This document shows positions 31,380-40,388 of a stretch of DNA of 64,000 bases, piece after piece. Below the pieces are notes generated by a model. The model was given only the letters and a program-made list of their open reading frames with translations, had not been told where the DNA came from and did not search any database. Every line of letters starts with the position of its first letter. Within the stretch, counting starts at the first letter, position 1. Source of the stretch: Candidatus Bathyarchaeia archaeon (GTDB taxonomy: Archaea > Thermoproteota > Bathyarchaeia > Bathyarchaeales > Bathycorpusculaceae); the NCBI GenBank assembly GCA_050015395.1, contig JBEKBM010000016.1, positions 1-64,000 of the forward strand, given 5' to 3'. The translations under genes and the position numbers were made by a program.

Positions 31380-32456
31380 ATGTTGTTTGACTTAACCCCA
31401 AAAGAGTCGCCAGAAGCTCTTTTTGGAAGAGAAAAAGAAATTGCCGAACTTGTGCGCTTCATCGAAGCAGGAAGGTGGGTAACTGTGCTTGGACCAAGAA
31501 TGGTGGGAAAAACCAGCCTCATAAAAGCAACCCGTGCCTGCCTCGACCGCCAAACCGTTTACGTCAACTTATGGGGTGCAACTGGCGTTCAGGGGCTTCT
31601 CAATGCGTTAGTGCAGAGTGTTAACTCCTCCATGAGTCTGTCTCAAAAAATCAAAGAGGCAGCCTCAAGAATAGAAGGATTAACGGTTGGTCCCAGTGGT
31701 TTATCAGTTACCATGCCTCGGAAGCCATTGACTACGCTTTGGAATCTGCTTGATGTTTTGGGTAGGCAAGATGAGAACTTGGTCATTGAACTAGATGAAG
31801 TGCAGGAATTGTCCTATGTTTCTGGTCAGTTACTTAAGGTTCTTGCAAACATATTCAATACGCATCCTCGTGTCGTTTTTGTGTTTACTGGGTCAATGTT
31901 CGGTCTTATTCGGACGTTGCTTAATCCAGAATCTTCTAGGAGTCCAATGTATGGTCGTCCGCCTGCGGAGCTTTATCTGCAGAGATTTGACAAAACTCAG
32001 GTTGCAGAGTTCCTCAAACAAGGCTTCAAAGAGTATAACATGAAACCGCCTAGCAACCTGATAAGTCAAGAGGTTGAGTCGAAACTGGGCGGCACACCTG
32101 GCTGGCTTACTTTGTACGGGAACAACATTGCGGTTGGCAAACTTTCTCCTGAAGAAGCATTGCACAAAACAGTCGAACAGGGTCTTAGGGTTGTGAGAGA
32201 GGAGCTTGAGCATTTTCTTGAAATTAGAGACAGAAAACTTTACGTTACGGCTCTATCCGCAATGACTAATCCTGCCCGATGGAGCGATATTAAAGCCAGC
32301 GTCGAGGCGAGAAAGGGAACTCCCGTTTCTGACTCTACAATCCAAGGTGTATTGAAAAGCTTGGAGGACGGACTGCTTATAGACCACAAAGACAAGGTTT
32401 ACCAAATAGCTGACCCAATGCTGAGAACATTATTGCTGAGCGGTCCAGCGACTTAG
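31380..32456 (+). CDS. Archaeal ATPase (ATPase_2/STAND-like) with C-terminal wHTH
   Basis: LFGREKE, Walker A GPRMVGKTS, Walker B IELDEVQ, FTGS, GGTPGWL, Y.IADP. Confidence 0.87.
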   Translation: MLFDLTPKESPEALFGREKEIAELVRFIEAGRWVTVLGPRMVGKTSLIKATRACLDRQTVYVNLWGATGVQGLLNALVQSVNSSMSLSQKIKEAASRIEGLTVGPSGLSVTMPRKPLTTLWNLLDVLGRQDENLVIELDEVQELSYVSGQLLKVLANIFNTHPRVVFVFTGSMFGLIRTLLNPESSRSPMYGRPPAELYLQRFDKTQVAEFLKQGFKEYNMKPPSNLISQEVESKLGGTPGWLTLYGNNIAVGKLSPEEALHKTVEQGLRVVREELEHFLEIRDRKLYVTALSAMTNPARWSDIKASVEARKGTPVSDSTIQGVLKSLEDGLLIDHKDKVYQIADPMLRTLLLSGPAT

Positions 32457-32476
32457 GCTAAACCCTTATGCAACTG

Positions 32477-32602
32477 ATTTGTGTGTGCGCTACAGCCTAC
32501 CCCTAGTCTACTATATGCGCCTAATAGGCTCCAACTATGATTCAACATAGGTGCGCATAGAATTGAGGTGCGCACTTTTGCATGCAGAATGGTGCTTTTT
32601 CA
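32477..32602 (+). repeat. Dispersed repeat, copy C (full length, diverged)
   Basis: Aligns with reverse complement of 1..125, including TATGATTCAACATAG and GCGCACTTT(T)GCATGCAGAA.GGTGCTTTT(T)CA. Confidence 0.88.
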
Positions 32603-32698
32603 TGTACAAGAAGAAGCTTTACAGAAACAAAACAATACGATATACGAAAAGAGCAATGATAAAATAACTGTGGTTACAGTCTACTGGACAAGGAGACC

Positions 32699-32926
32699 TT
32701 GATGTTTATGGTGCGTGTGGAATACGATGAAAAAGCCGACGCCATGTACATCTGGCTCAGAAAAGCCAAGTACGACATAAGCGAAGAACTTTCAGAAAAC
32801 GTGATTATTGACCTTGACAAGAAAGGGCGCATCATCGGCATCGAAGTCCTAGACGCATCCAAAAACATGGGAAAAGAGCTCGTAACCAAAATCTTGAGCA
32901 CTGAAAAAATAGCCACGATAGCATAA
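32699..32926 (+). CDS. DUF2283 family protein (putative antitoxin)
   Basis: YDEKADAMYIWL...SEEL..NVIIDLDKKGRIIGIEVLDASK. Confidence 0.85.
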   Translation: MMFMVRVEYDEKADAMYIWLRKAKYDISEELSENVIIDLDKKGRIIGIEVLDASKNMGKELVTKILSTEKIATIA

Positions 32927-33120
32927 ACAATCTTCCTTAAAATGTGGCAATCAGCTATTCTTCTGCATAACCTACCTTCTTCATTATTTTTAGAACCAAA
33001 CAAAGAAAACTTCAGGATTCGTAGTTTTTTCTTCCATATGGAAGTAATTCTTTCCAGTCAACAACCTACATAAACCTTATAGGGTTTTACCCAATTGCCT
33101 GGCCACATGCAGCAAAAGAG

Positions 33121-33324
33121 GTGAAAGCCATCAGAGAACTTACCCCACTTAAACAAGCTATAAGGGAACTGGCAGCGCTTGGAGAAGAAGAACACGAAGG
33201 GTCACTCATAGACCTCGCCGTACTGCTATCAGCAATCATCCGAACATACGAACACAAAGGCATCCATTACACACTACAAAAATACGCCCCAGAACTAATC
33301 AAAACCAAACCTGACGAGCCTTGA
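33121..33324 (+). CDS. Hypothetical protein
   Basis: Open 67-aa frame with protein-like composition; no family recognised. Confidence 0.4.
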   Translation: MKAIRELTPLKQAIRELAALGEEEHEGSLIDLAVLLSAIIRTYEHKGIHYTLQKYAPELIKTKPDEP

Positions 33325-33378
33325 ACACTGCAAGAAGGCAAATAGCAGATTAATAAGATTAGATTTATAGCAGAGATT

Positions 33379-33846
33379 TTGGAAAAAGGAATTATGGCTA
33401 AGCCGCCTAAATCCAGTCGAGCAATAGATGACCCAGAGTGGGTCGAATGGGCAAGAACCAAAACGGAAAAGAACCTTGCAATGATGCCTGAACTAAAGCC
33501 GCTGCAAGACAGACTCTTGTCCCTTGGTGGTGATTGGGTAGCGCTTGAACCTGAGCCCGATCTCGACTCCCTCTTGGACAAAGGGCGGCTCATTAAAGGC
33601 AGGGTTATTCTCAAACGAATATCGCCTCACAATTGCCACAAGAACTGTTGCGAATTATGGGAAAAGAATCCAAAAACCTGCAGAATCGCAACAGGATGGG
33701 CTCTTAGTAGCGACGGCATTTGGCGACAGCACACGTGGCTACTCAAAGGCAAAGCCATTATCGAAACAACTGAGCCCAGGACTCTGTATTACGGGATTGT
33801 ACTCGGAGATAAAGAAGCCATCAATTTCTGGTGGCAGAATCAATAA
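33379..33846 (+). CDS. Hypothetical protein with possible papain/transglutaminase-like Cys-His-Glu motif
   Basis: NCHKN ... ATGWAL..DGIWRQHTW ... IIETT..R..YYG. Confidence 0.65.
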   Translation: MEKGIMAKPPKSSRAIDDPEWVEWARTKTEKNLAMMPELKPLQDRLLSLGGDWVALEPEPDLDSLLDKGRLIKGRVILKRISPHNCHKNCCELWEKNPKTCRIATGWALSSDGIWRQHTWLLKGKAIIETTEPRTLYYGIVLGDKEAINFWWQNQ

Positions 33847-33970
33847 CCGCAAATGATCTTATTTGGTTGGTCTTCAGGCAGAAATTTCCATGGAGACAAA
33901 CAAAAACGCTTACCATCTCTTGTTGATAGCTTAAATAATGTTCCCAAGACGCCAAAAACAAAAATGAATT

Positions 33971-34513
33971 CTATAAATTCCGCCTTTTCATTTTTCTCTT
34001 AAAAGCTCTAATTTCGCCATCTGATTTAATTTTTCCTTCCTTAATGAGTGTCTCACACTGTTTCCTGAGTGTTTCGTCTGAAAAATCCATTAATTCTCGA
34101 TATTTTGACCAGTTAATGCAATCATCTAATTCGCTTACGCTTTTGTACTTTTTAAAAAATCTAAAAATATATCGCAATTCAGACTCTGAAATTCCGAGGT
34201 CTCGCTGGAGAGCTTCAATATAATTCACTAGCACTATACCGAGATTCTTTGAATTTGAATTCAGAAAAGTACTTATTTCCTGTGCCAATAGCCATCGTAG
34301 TTTTGCATTCGGTCTTCCTTCATGAGTCTTAGTTTTGGCGATAATACTTTTACAGTGCGTCAAAAGTAAAAGGTACTGTTTTTCAACGTTAGCTAAACGA
34401 TTCTTTATGTCAGGGGTTGAAAGTACTCCCTCGAGGAAGGCGATTGCACCTAATCTAGATACCCCATCTGGGTCTGTAATTTTTCGTATTTCTATGGGAA
34501 TTTGGCTTGTCAT
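33971..34513 (-). CDS. Hypothetical protein resembling the DUF1016/YhcG N-terminal helical domain
   Basis: LQRDLGISESELRYIFRFFKKY...INWSKYRELM...D..LR pattern; directly downstream of the GHKL gene. Confidence 0.55.
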   Translation of the reverse strand: MTSQIPIEIRKITDPDGVSRLGAIAFLEGVLSTPDIKNRLANVEKQYLLLLTHCKSIIAKTKTHEGRPNAKLRWLLAQEISTFLNSNSKNLGIVLVNYIEALQRDLGISESELRYIFRFFKKYKSVSELDDCINWSKYRELMDFSDETLRKQCETLIKEGKIKSDGEIRAFKRKMKRRNL

Positions 34514-34526
34514 AATATCTTTCTTC

Positions 34527-36062
34527 TTAAACAGTACTCCATCTTAAATAGAATTCTCTCAGTTTCACAAGAGTTTCATTGAAATTTTGAGGAGGGTTAT
34601 ATTCCAGCAAAGTAAAAAATACGCAACGTAAAATATGTTGACTCTCTGCAGCATGGCCTATTACCGAACACTTGGTAAAGATGGGGTTACCTGTATTCAC
34701 CACTATCGCCTCAGAAGTTAACCATGATTCCTTGGGATTTTTAGGATCTTCTTTCAAATTTATCGCAATTCCATGCCGAACTTGGCGAATCACAGGAATG
34801 CCATTTTTAGAGCCATTTTCTGATTCCACCAAACCTTTACCGTTTTCTGGTCCTATTACTTCGACCCCATTACCTGTGCCTTCACTCCCTGCTGTTCCCT
34901 CGGTTGGTTGTGAGCCGGGAACTTCCTCCGCTTTCATGCATCCCGCTGGCGATTCAACCAATGTTGTTCTATGCTGAGTTTTTAGAAAAGGATTGAAGCC
35001 AATAAAACAGGGGTCTTTAAGCAACTTGTTGATGTCACTTTCTAAACTCTTACAGATCGATTCGAGTTTAGGGTCTGTTTCAGTTGTCGGTTTATCTTCC
35101 AATGCATCGATACTTTCTAGCCAGTCACCAAATATGTCATACGCTTTTTGCCTGAATGATCCCCAAAGACGAACGTTAGTTTGATAGCGAAAATCACATT
35201 TATTTGTAGTGAGCAAGGAAGATAAGCCATCTGCAAGTATTTGTCCAGTTATTCTTTTTCGAAGAGCCGGCTTGACAAGATAGTCAAAATCGAACCATTG
35301 TGTGGCTTTTATTTGCTTGCCAAATACAACTATTTCAAGACCTTGTTTTTCTGTTAAATCGTTTTTAGCTAGCTCGAAATAGCATTTAAATTCCATTTTT
35401 CCAATTTTGAAGATTTTAGGGGAAACAGTCTCCTTGCTAAACCCAGTCTTCCAGGGACTTATTTGTTCGCCAGAATAAGAAATAACAATATTCCTATATC
35501 TTCCGAGAAGAATGGCGTTATAGTATGTCTGAATTGTGTGAATAATCCGTTCCTTGCTCAACATCAAAGCGTCTTCTTTATTTAGCCTAACTTCAAATAG
35601 AGTTCCGGTATGAGTTAAGCTCTTTTTGTTAATATAAGTCCATTTAGGTGCGTTACTTATTACTGTAATCTGACTTGAGCCATGGAAATCTTTAGACTTA
35701 GTCTCCGTGACAATACTTTCTCCTGCCGCTAAGAAAATTAGATATAACTTCGAGCCAACTCCTGCAAAGCCTATTCCTTCACCCTTTGATTTTGATGAAA
35801 TCGACAACGCATGATAGTTTTCTTCAAAAACACTCCTGCTCATTCCTTCCCCGTTATCTACAACTCTAAAGATTTTTCGACCTTTATCATCTGAGAATAC
35901 ACAAATATCTATCCGACTGGCTGCTGCGTCAAGAGAATTTGCGATAGCCTCAAGAACGAGAATTTCCGCAGCAGAATACGGATACATCTCAACAAAATTC
36001 TGAATGACTTTTAAAACATCAACTTTTAAGTCCGACCAGCCGCTCATCCGCAACACCCCCAA
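34527..36062 (-). CDS. GHKL (MORC/MutL-like) ATPase
   Basis: EAIANSLDA (N-box), DNGEGM (G1), SSK..GIGFAGVGSK (G2), HTGTLF (G3). Confidence 0.85.
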   Translation of the reverse strand: MGVLRMSGWSDLKVDVLKVIQNFVEMYPYSAAEILVLEAIANSLDAAASRIDICVFSDDKGRKIFRVVDNGEGMSRSVFEENYHALSISSKSKGEGIGFAGVGSKLYLIFLAAGESIVTETKSKDFHGSSQITVISNAPKWTYINKKSLTHTGTLFEVRLNKEDALMLSKERIIHTIQTYYNAILLGRYRNIVISYSGEQISPWKTGFSKETVSPKIFKIGKMEFKCYFELAKNDLTEKQGLEIVVFGKQIKATQWFDFDYLVKPALRKRITGQILADGLSSLLTTNKCDFRYQTNVRLWGSFRQKAYDIFGDWLESIDALEDKPTTETDPKLESICKSLESDINKLLKDPCFIGFNPFLKTQHRTTLVESPAGCMKAEEVPGSQPTEGTAGSEGTGNGVEVIGPENGKGLVESENGSKNGIPVIRQVRHGIAINLKEDPKNPKESWLTSEAIVVNTGNPIFTKCSVIGHAAESQHILRCVFFTLLEYNPPQNFNETLVKLREFYLRWSTV

Positions 36063-36203
36063 ACGATACTGCTATCATTTATAACTATCATTCTTCAAAA
36101 TCTTTCGGTTTATAAAGCATTATCCACTAACTTGCTAGACTTGTTTTAATACATCTAAAATTAAGATTAAATTTATAGCCGAGGATATACGATAACATAA
36201 CTG

Positions 36204-37358
36204 ATGGCTATGGTTACAAAGGTGCTCAAAAGAAAAGAAGTTGAATTAGGGTTTGTTTATATACCTGTCAAAAACAGAGCGGAACTTATGGGAGACACAT
36301 CAGCACCGTTTGATACTAAACTAAACGATTCCCCAGCAAAAGTCGATAAAAAAGGAAGAATCTGGTCTGAGTATCTTAAAAACCGCTATACGACAGGAAC
36401 AGAAGTGGATTTAAGCAAAAATGCTTACGGCTTCCAAATTGTAATGAATAAACAAAAAACAGAGAACCCAAACGAGAAGGAAATGAAGTGTCTAAATTTA
36501 GACACAGTTTACTTAGGTGATTGTGCAGAAATACTGAAAACTTTCCCCGACGGGTCAATTGGCCTCATAGTAACTTCGCCCCCATATGCATATAACAGAA
36601 AATCAACCTATGGCGGCGTTCCAATAAGGAAGTATGTAAATTGGTTTCTTCCCATTTCCCTTGAACTTAAACGAGTGCTGAGTCCAACAGGCTCTTTTAT
36701 TCTGAACATCAAAGAACGCGCTATTAACAGTGAGCGACAAACTTACGTAATTGAGCTTATTCTTGAAATGAAAAAGCAAGGTTGGCTTTGGACTGAAGAG
36801 TATATTTGGCATAAAAAGAACTGTTACCCTGGCAAATGGAATAACCGCTTTCGGGATGCATGGGAACGTTGTCTTCAATTCAATAAGCAAAAGCAGTTCA
36901 AGATGTTCCAGAAAGAAGTTATGGTGCCAATGGGAAAGTGGAAAGATAAAAGGCTGTCAAGACTGAGCGAAATCGACAAAGTAAGAGATGTCTCTAAAGT
37001 CGGTAGCGGTTTTGGGAAGAATGTTTCAAACTGGCTTGGGAAAGACCTAGCATATCCAACAAATGTATTACATTTAGCAACCGAGTGCTCAAATCAACAA
37101 CATAGTGCCGCCTTCCCAGTAGACTTGCCTAAGTGGTTTATTAAATTATTTACAGAACAGGGAGATGTTGTTCTTGACCCTTTCATAGGCTCAGGCACAA
37201 CAGCCATTGCAGCACTTGAGTTGGGAAGACATTTTGTCGGTATAGAAAAAATGGATCAGTATCACAAATTGGCCATAGAACGAATCGCTAATTTTCACGA
37301 AAAAAATGGTCATCAAATAGAACTATTAAAGGAAGAAGAAAAAATTGGCAACACTTAA
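36204..37358 (+). CDS. Site-specific DNA methyltransferase (N4/N6, beta class) with N-terminal extension
   Basis: GDCAEIL, VTSPPY catalytic motif preceding HSAAFP..LP and VLDPFIGSGTT. Confidence 0.92.
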   Translation: MAMVTKVLKRKEVELGFVYIPVKNRAELMGDTSAPFDTKLNDSPAKVDKKGRIWSEYLKNRYTTGTEVDLSKNAYGFQIVMNKQKTENPNEKEMKCLNLDTVYLGDCAEILKTFPDGSIGLIVTSPPYAYNRKSTYGGVPIRKYVNWFLPISLELKRVLSPTGSFILNIKERAINSERQTYVIELILEMKKQGWLWTEEYIWHKKNCYPGKWNNRFRDAWERCLQFNKQKQFKMFQKEVMVPMGKWKDKRLSRLSEIDKVRDVSKVGSGFGKNVSNWLGKDLAYPTNVLHLATECSNQQHSAAFPVDLPKWFIKLFTEQGDVVLDPFIGSGTTAIAALELGRHFVGIEKMDQYHKLAIERIANFHEKNGHQIELLKEEEKIGNT

Positions 37359-38118
37359 CCCAGAAAAACTTGAATCATTAATCAAGCAATGCCTAAATGA
37401 CTTTCATGAAAGACGAATTAAGACTCTTGAGAAATTAAACCTTAGAAGAGTCCTGAAGAGAAAAAACCCCTATCTATTTAGGGCATTAGGAACAGAGCAA
37501 GCAGCAGAGATTGTGAAGAAAATTCTAGAAGCATATGTTAGTTCTTCTGACGAAACAATATTCGGAGACGCATATTTTGAGCAAATAGCTCGTAATCTTC
37601 CAAACATCCAAGTGTCAGATGGCAAAGGCTGCGACTTAATTCTAAATGAAGAAAAAGTTATTCATGCTTATGCGCTCAAATCCGGTCCAAATCCATTTAA
37701 TTCAAGTGCCAAAGAAAAACAACATAACGAGTTCATGGAACTAAAGAGTCGTCTTATGAAACTGCAAAAGCAATTTGATCCGGTACTTGCTTACGCTTAC
37801 GGCCGAAAAAACAAACTATCAAGCGGAAAATACATATACCGTGAAAGTTCAGGGCAAGAGTTTTGGAAAGAAATTACGGGTGATGAAAACTTCTATCTCA
37901 AACTAATTACTTTGATGAAGGACGAACCGCTAAAGAGAATAGACCAATATCAACATGATTGGGATGCAACCGTAAACAAATTTACGAAAGAGTTTATGGA
38001 AGATTTTTGTCTTGCTGATGGCCACATAAATTGGGAAAAACTAACTCAGTTTGTCAGCGCTAGTGAAACCTTAAAGCTTCCAAAACGCAAGAAAACGAAG
38101 GAACCAAAAATCTATTAA
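37345..38118 (+). CDS. Type II restriction endonuclease, PmeII-like family
   Basis: LKRKNPYLFRA, SSDETIFGD, D...KSGPN.FNS, GQEFW..ITGD..FY; overlaps MTase end. Confidence 0.75.
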   Translation: MATLNPEKLESLIKQCLNDFHERRIKTLEKLNLRRVLKRKNPYLFRALGTEQAAEIVKKILEAYVSSSDETIFGDAYFEQIARNLPNIQVSDGKGCDLILNEEKVIHAYALKSGPNPFNSSAKEKQHNEFMELKSRLMKLQKQFDPVLAYAYGRKNKLSSGKYIYRESSGQEFWKEITGDENFYLKLITLMKDEPLKRIDQYQHDWDATVNKFTKEFMEDFCLADGHINWEKLTQFVSASETLKLPKRKKTKEPKIY

Positions 38119-38137
38119 ATAACTCAACCGCGCTAGC

Positions 38138-38229
38138 TAGTAACTTTTATTTGGTAGGTTTTTATGTGTTGATGTAAAACTGAAAATGCATATGCCTCGA
38201 TAGCTCAGCCCAGTAGGCCGTTGCCTTGT
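38138..38229 (+). repeat. Degenerate duplicate of the tRNA-Thr promoter and 5' half
   Basis: tagtaacttttatttgg..ggttttatgtgttg.tgtaa followed by gcctcgatagctcagcccagtag..tgccttgt, matching 39040..39137 and ending at the anticodon. Confidence 0.85.
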
Positions 38230-38321
38230 GGGCGTTAAATTGACAATTTAGTTTAAACAAGTTTTATCAGAATAATCAACAGTAATATCGATCGATAGAT
38301 AGAGGTGGAGAGGAGGAAGTT

Positions 38322-38651
38322 ATGGTGAAGGTTCTTTCTTGTAGGAGTCATTTGGATTGTAATCGGGAGTGTTGGTGGTTTAATCTTATTAGCCCTGAAA
38401 ATTGGCTGGAAAGAGAGCCTTTTTTAACTTTAATTTTAAATGGCAAGGATGCTAATGAGAGGGTTGGCTCAATTATTATACCGCTGAATGGTGAGTGGCG
38501 TGAGCGTATTCTTAAGGCGCCATCTGGTTCTTTAAAGGGAATGAAGGCCATAAAGGCGCATGTGTACAAGGTGAGGCAAAGCGGTGAATATTGGATTTAT
38601 TTTGGGAAAGTAAGCGACGGAGTTTACCCTGTTAAGCTCCAAGAAGAGTAA
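38322..38651 (+). CDS. Hypothetical protein
   Basis: ATG with strong GGAGAGGAGG SD; 109 aa. Confidence 0.65.
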   Translation: MVKVLSCRSHLDCNRECWWFNLISPENWLEREPFLTLILNGKDANERVGSIIIPLNGEWRERILKAPSGSLKGMKAIKAHVYKVRQSGEYWIYFGKVSDGVYPVKLQEE

Positions 38652-38666
38652 CATACGCAAGGGAAT

Positions 38667-38891
38667 TTATTTTTTATGTTCGGCTATATATTTCTCAATC
38701 CAAACCCAATCAGGATTTCCATGATTGAAAAAAGTTGAGAAGTTGTCCTTTAACCATTCGTAATAATCATCTTCGGTAAACTGGCAGAATGCTTCCACGA
38801 GTTCCTTCTTCTTAATAGATTTAGGAATCGGCGAATCGGTTTCCTTTAGCCCTTCCATAACAAATTCTTCCACTACTTTTCTGTCTAACAA
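38667..38891 (-). CDS. Hypothetical protein
   Basis: TTG start with AGGAGG SD; 74 aa. Confidence 0.6.
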   Translation of the reverse strand: MLDRKVVEEFVMEGLKETDSPIPKSIKKKELVEAFCQFTEDDYYEWLKDNFSTFFNHGNPDWVWIEKYIAEHKK

Positions 38892-39100
38892 GAGCGTTTC
38901 CTCCTAAAGCCTCTTATAACTTGCATCTTCTATGGGCTCCGGTCTCCGGATGAATGCGTTCTTAATAAACTTGACGTCAGCGCGTTGTCCTGAATTATCG
39001 AGCTAACAAAGCCTATAAGAGAAAAGTAAAAGCATTGGGTAGTAACTTTTATTTGGGTAAGGTTTTATGTGTTGGTGTAATCTGGGCGTCTTTGGTGGGT

Positions 39101-39177
39101 GCCTCGATAGCTCAGCCCAGTAGAGCGGCTGCCTTGTAAGCAGCAGGCCGCGGGAGCAAGGCCCGCCCGAGGCTCCA
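39101..39177 (+). tRNA. tRNA-Thr(UGU) with atypical D- and T-loops
   Basis: Acceptor GCCTCGA/CCGAGGC, D stem GCTC/GAGC, anticodon arm GCTGC-CTTGTAA-GCAGC, T arm GCGGG-AGCAAGG-CCCGC, U73, encoded CCA. Confidence 0.85.
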
Positions 39178-39184
39178 CAAGAAT

Positions 39185-39421
39185 TTAAACTTCAGGTGCG
39201 GGCTCGTCTTTGGCTGCCTTTGGATCCTTGCCCGTTAACTTGTATTTGCGCCCTTGTGTTTCTATGATTTCGTGCTCGAAGAGTTTGCGCAATGATTTGA
39301 AAACTTTTTTGGAGGGTTCGCCTGTTTTGTCAGTTAGTTCTTGGAGGGTTAATTCTTTTCCTTCAGTCTTTAAGGTTTGATAGACTTTTTCGTCGATTTT
39401 GTTAAGTTTCACTTTGACCAC
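39185..39421 (-). CDS. Small winged-HTH protein
   Basis: KVYQTL...LTLQELTDKTGEPSKKVFKSLRKLFEHEII. Confidence 0.7.
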   Translation of the reverse strand: MVKVKLNKIDEKVYQTLKTEGKELTLQELTDKTGEPSKKVFKSLRKLFEHEIIETQGRKYKLTGKDPKAAKDEPAPEV

Positions 39422-39578
39422 TGCCTTATGCTGTTTCTTTGTGTTATGGTACAGTTGGCTTTTTCAATTTTGCGGTATCCACCCAGAAGATGACTTGATA
39501 AGTTCACTGGCTAATTGGTGCCTTGCAATAGTCTCTGTCTTTTAATTAGAAATAAAGCAAGTATGCTTGACTCAAGAA

Positions 39579-39797
39579 TTAGATTCTGCGTTCTCTTTCC
39601 TCTCTTATCAGCAAGGTTGAATCTTTCGTTTTTCTCTTCTCGCTTCGCTTCTCAATCTCTTCAAGGGCAGTTATCAATTCCATTTGTTTGATTCTTTGCT
39701 CTAGAAAAGCTCTAACCTCTTGGCTCCAATTCGCACTGTTTTTAACCATTTTTTCTTTAAGTTCTTGAGGCATCCGTATAGTAAAGCGTGTTGACAT
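39579..39797 (-). CDS. Ribbon-helix-helix antitoxin-like protein
   Basis: TRFTIRMPQELKEKM...NWSQEVRAFLE...STLLIRE.R, typical archaeal VapB-type pattern. Confidence 0.75.
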   Translation of the reverse strand: MSTRFTIRMPQELKEKMVKNSANWSQEVRAFLEQRIKQMELITALEEIEKRSEKRKTKDSTLLIREERERRI

Positions 39798-39921
39798 AAT
39801 CGTTTAGACGATTAGCATTATTCATCCGCGAAGATTTAAAACTTTATTTTTCACCATTTGTGCACAAAAAACTCAATCAAATGTTATATCGAATTAAAGG
39901 AATAAAACCAACCTCTTAAAT

Positions 39922-40065
39922 CTATAACGGCAACGTAGCTTTTACACTCGCGCCTTGACCGACTCCACGGCTCCATTTACCATTGCAATAAGTGCTGAAC
40001 TCGCAGGTAATGCATGAACCCTTAACTCCTAACTCACAACAACTATCTACTTCAGGCTCTCTCAT
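39922..40065 (-). CDS. Putative 47-aa Cys-rich peptide
   Basis: MREPEVDSCCELGVKGSCITCEFSTYC...; GGGGTTGG SD-like site upstream. Confidence 0.4.
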   Translation of the reverse strand: MREPEVDSCCELGVKGSCITCEFSTYCNGKWSRGVGQGASVKATLPL

Positions 40066-40172
40066 CTTCCAACCCCAATCTTCGGAAAACCAAAAATCGA
40101 CCTGGCAATATAAGCAAAATTTCAAAAAGAGAATATTTCGAATACGGTAATACCTTGCTGAAGGCTCTACTC

Positions 40173-40388
40173 TCAGTCTTTAGAGGCATCGTCCTCTTTA
40201 GCGTTAAACGCATGTTTCTTCTCAGGCGAAACCTTCAACCCGTGATACTCATACATAATCCTTAGTGCGTCTCGGATGGCTTCGTTGCGGCTGTTGTAGA
40301 CGCCTTTTTCGATTAACATGTTTAACAAGTCAAGATACCTCTTCGTGAGCCGAATTGTGATGCGTTCTCTCTTGTTGCTATCAGACAC
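40173..40388 (-). CDS. RHH (CopG/CdrS-like) transcriptional regulator
   Basis: ERITIRL...LIEKGVYNSRNEAIRDALR. Confidence 0.8.
   Translation of the reverse strand: MSDSNKRERITIRLTKRYLDLLNMLIEKGVYNSRNEAIRDALRIMYEYHGLKVSPEKKHAFNAKEDDASKD

Noticed and set aside
38194-38229. 5' half of a trans-spliced split tRNA
   Set aside because: The D stem is damaged, no complementary leader or BHB flank is visible, and an intact gene lies 900 bp away
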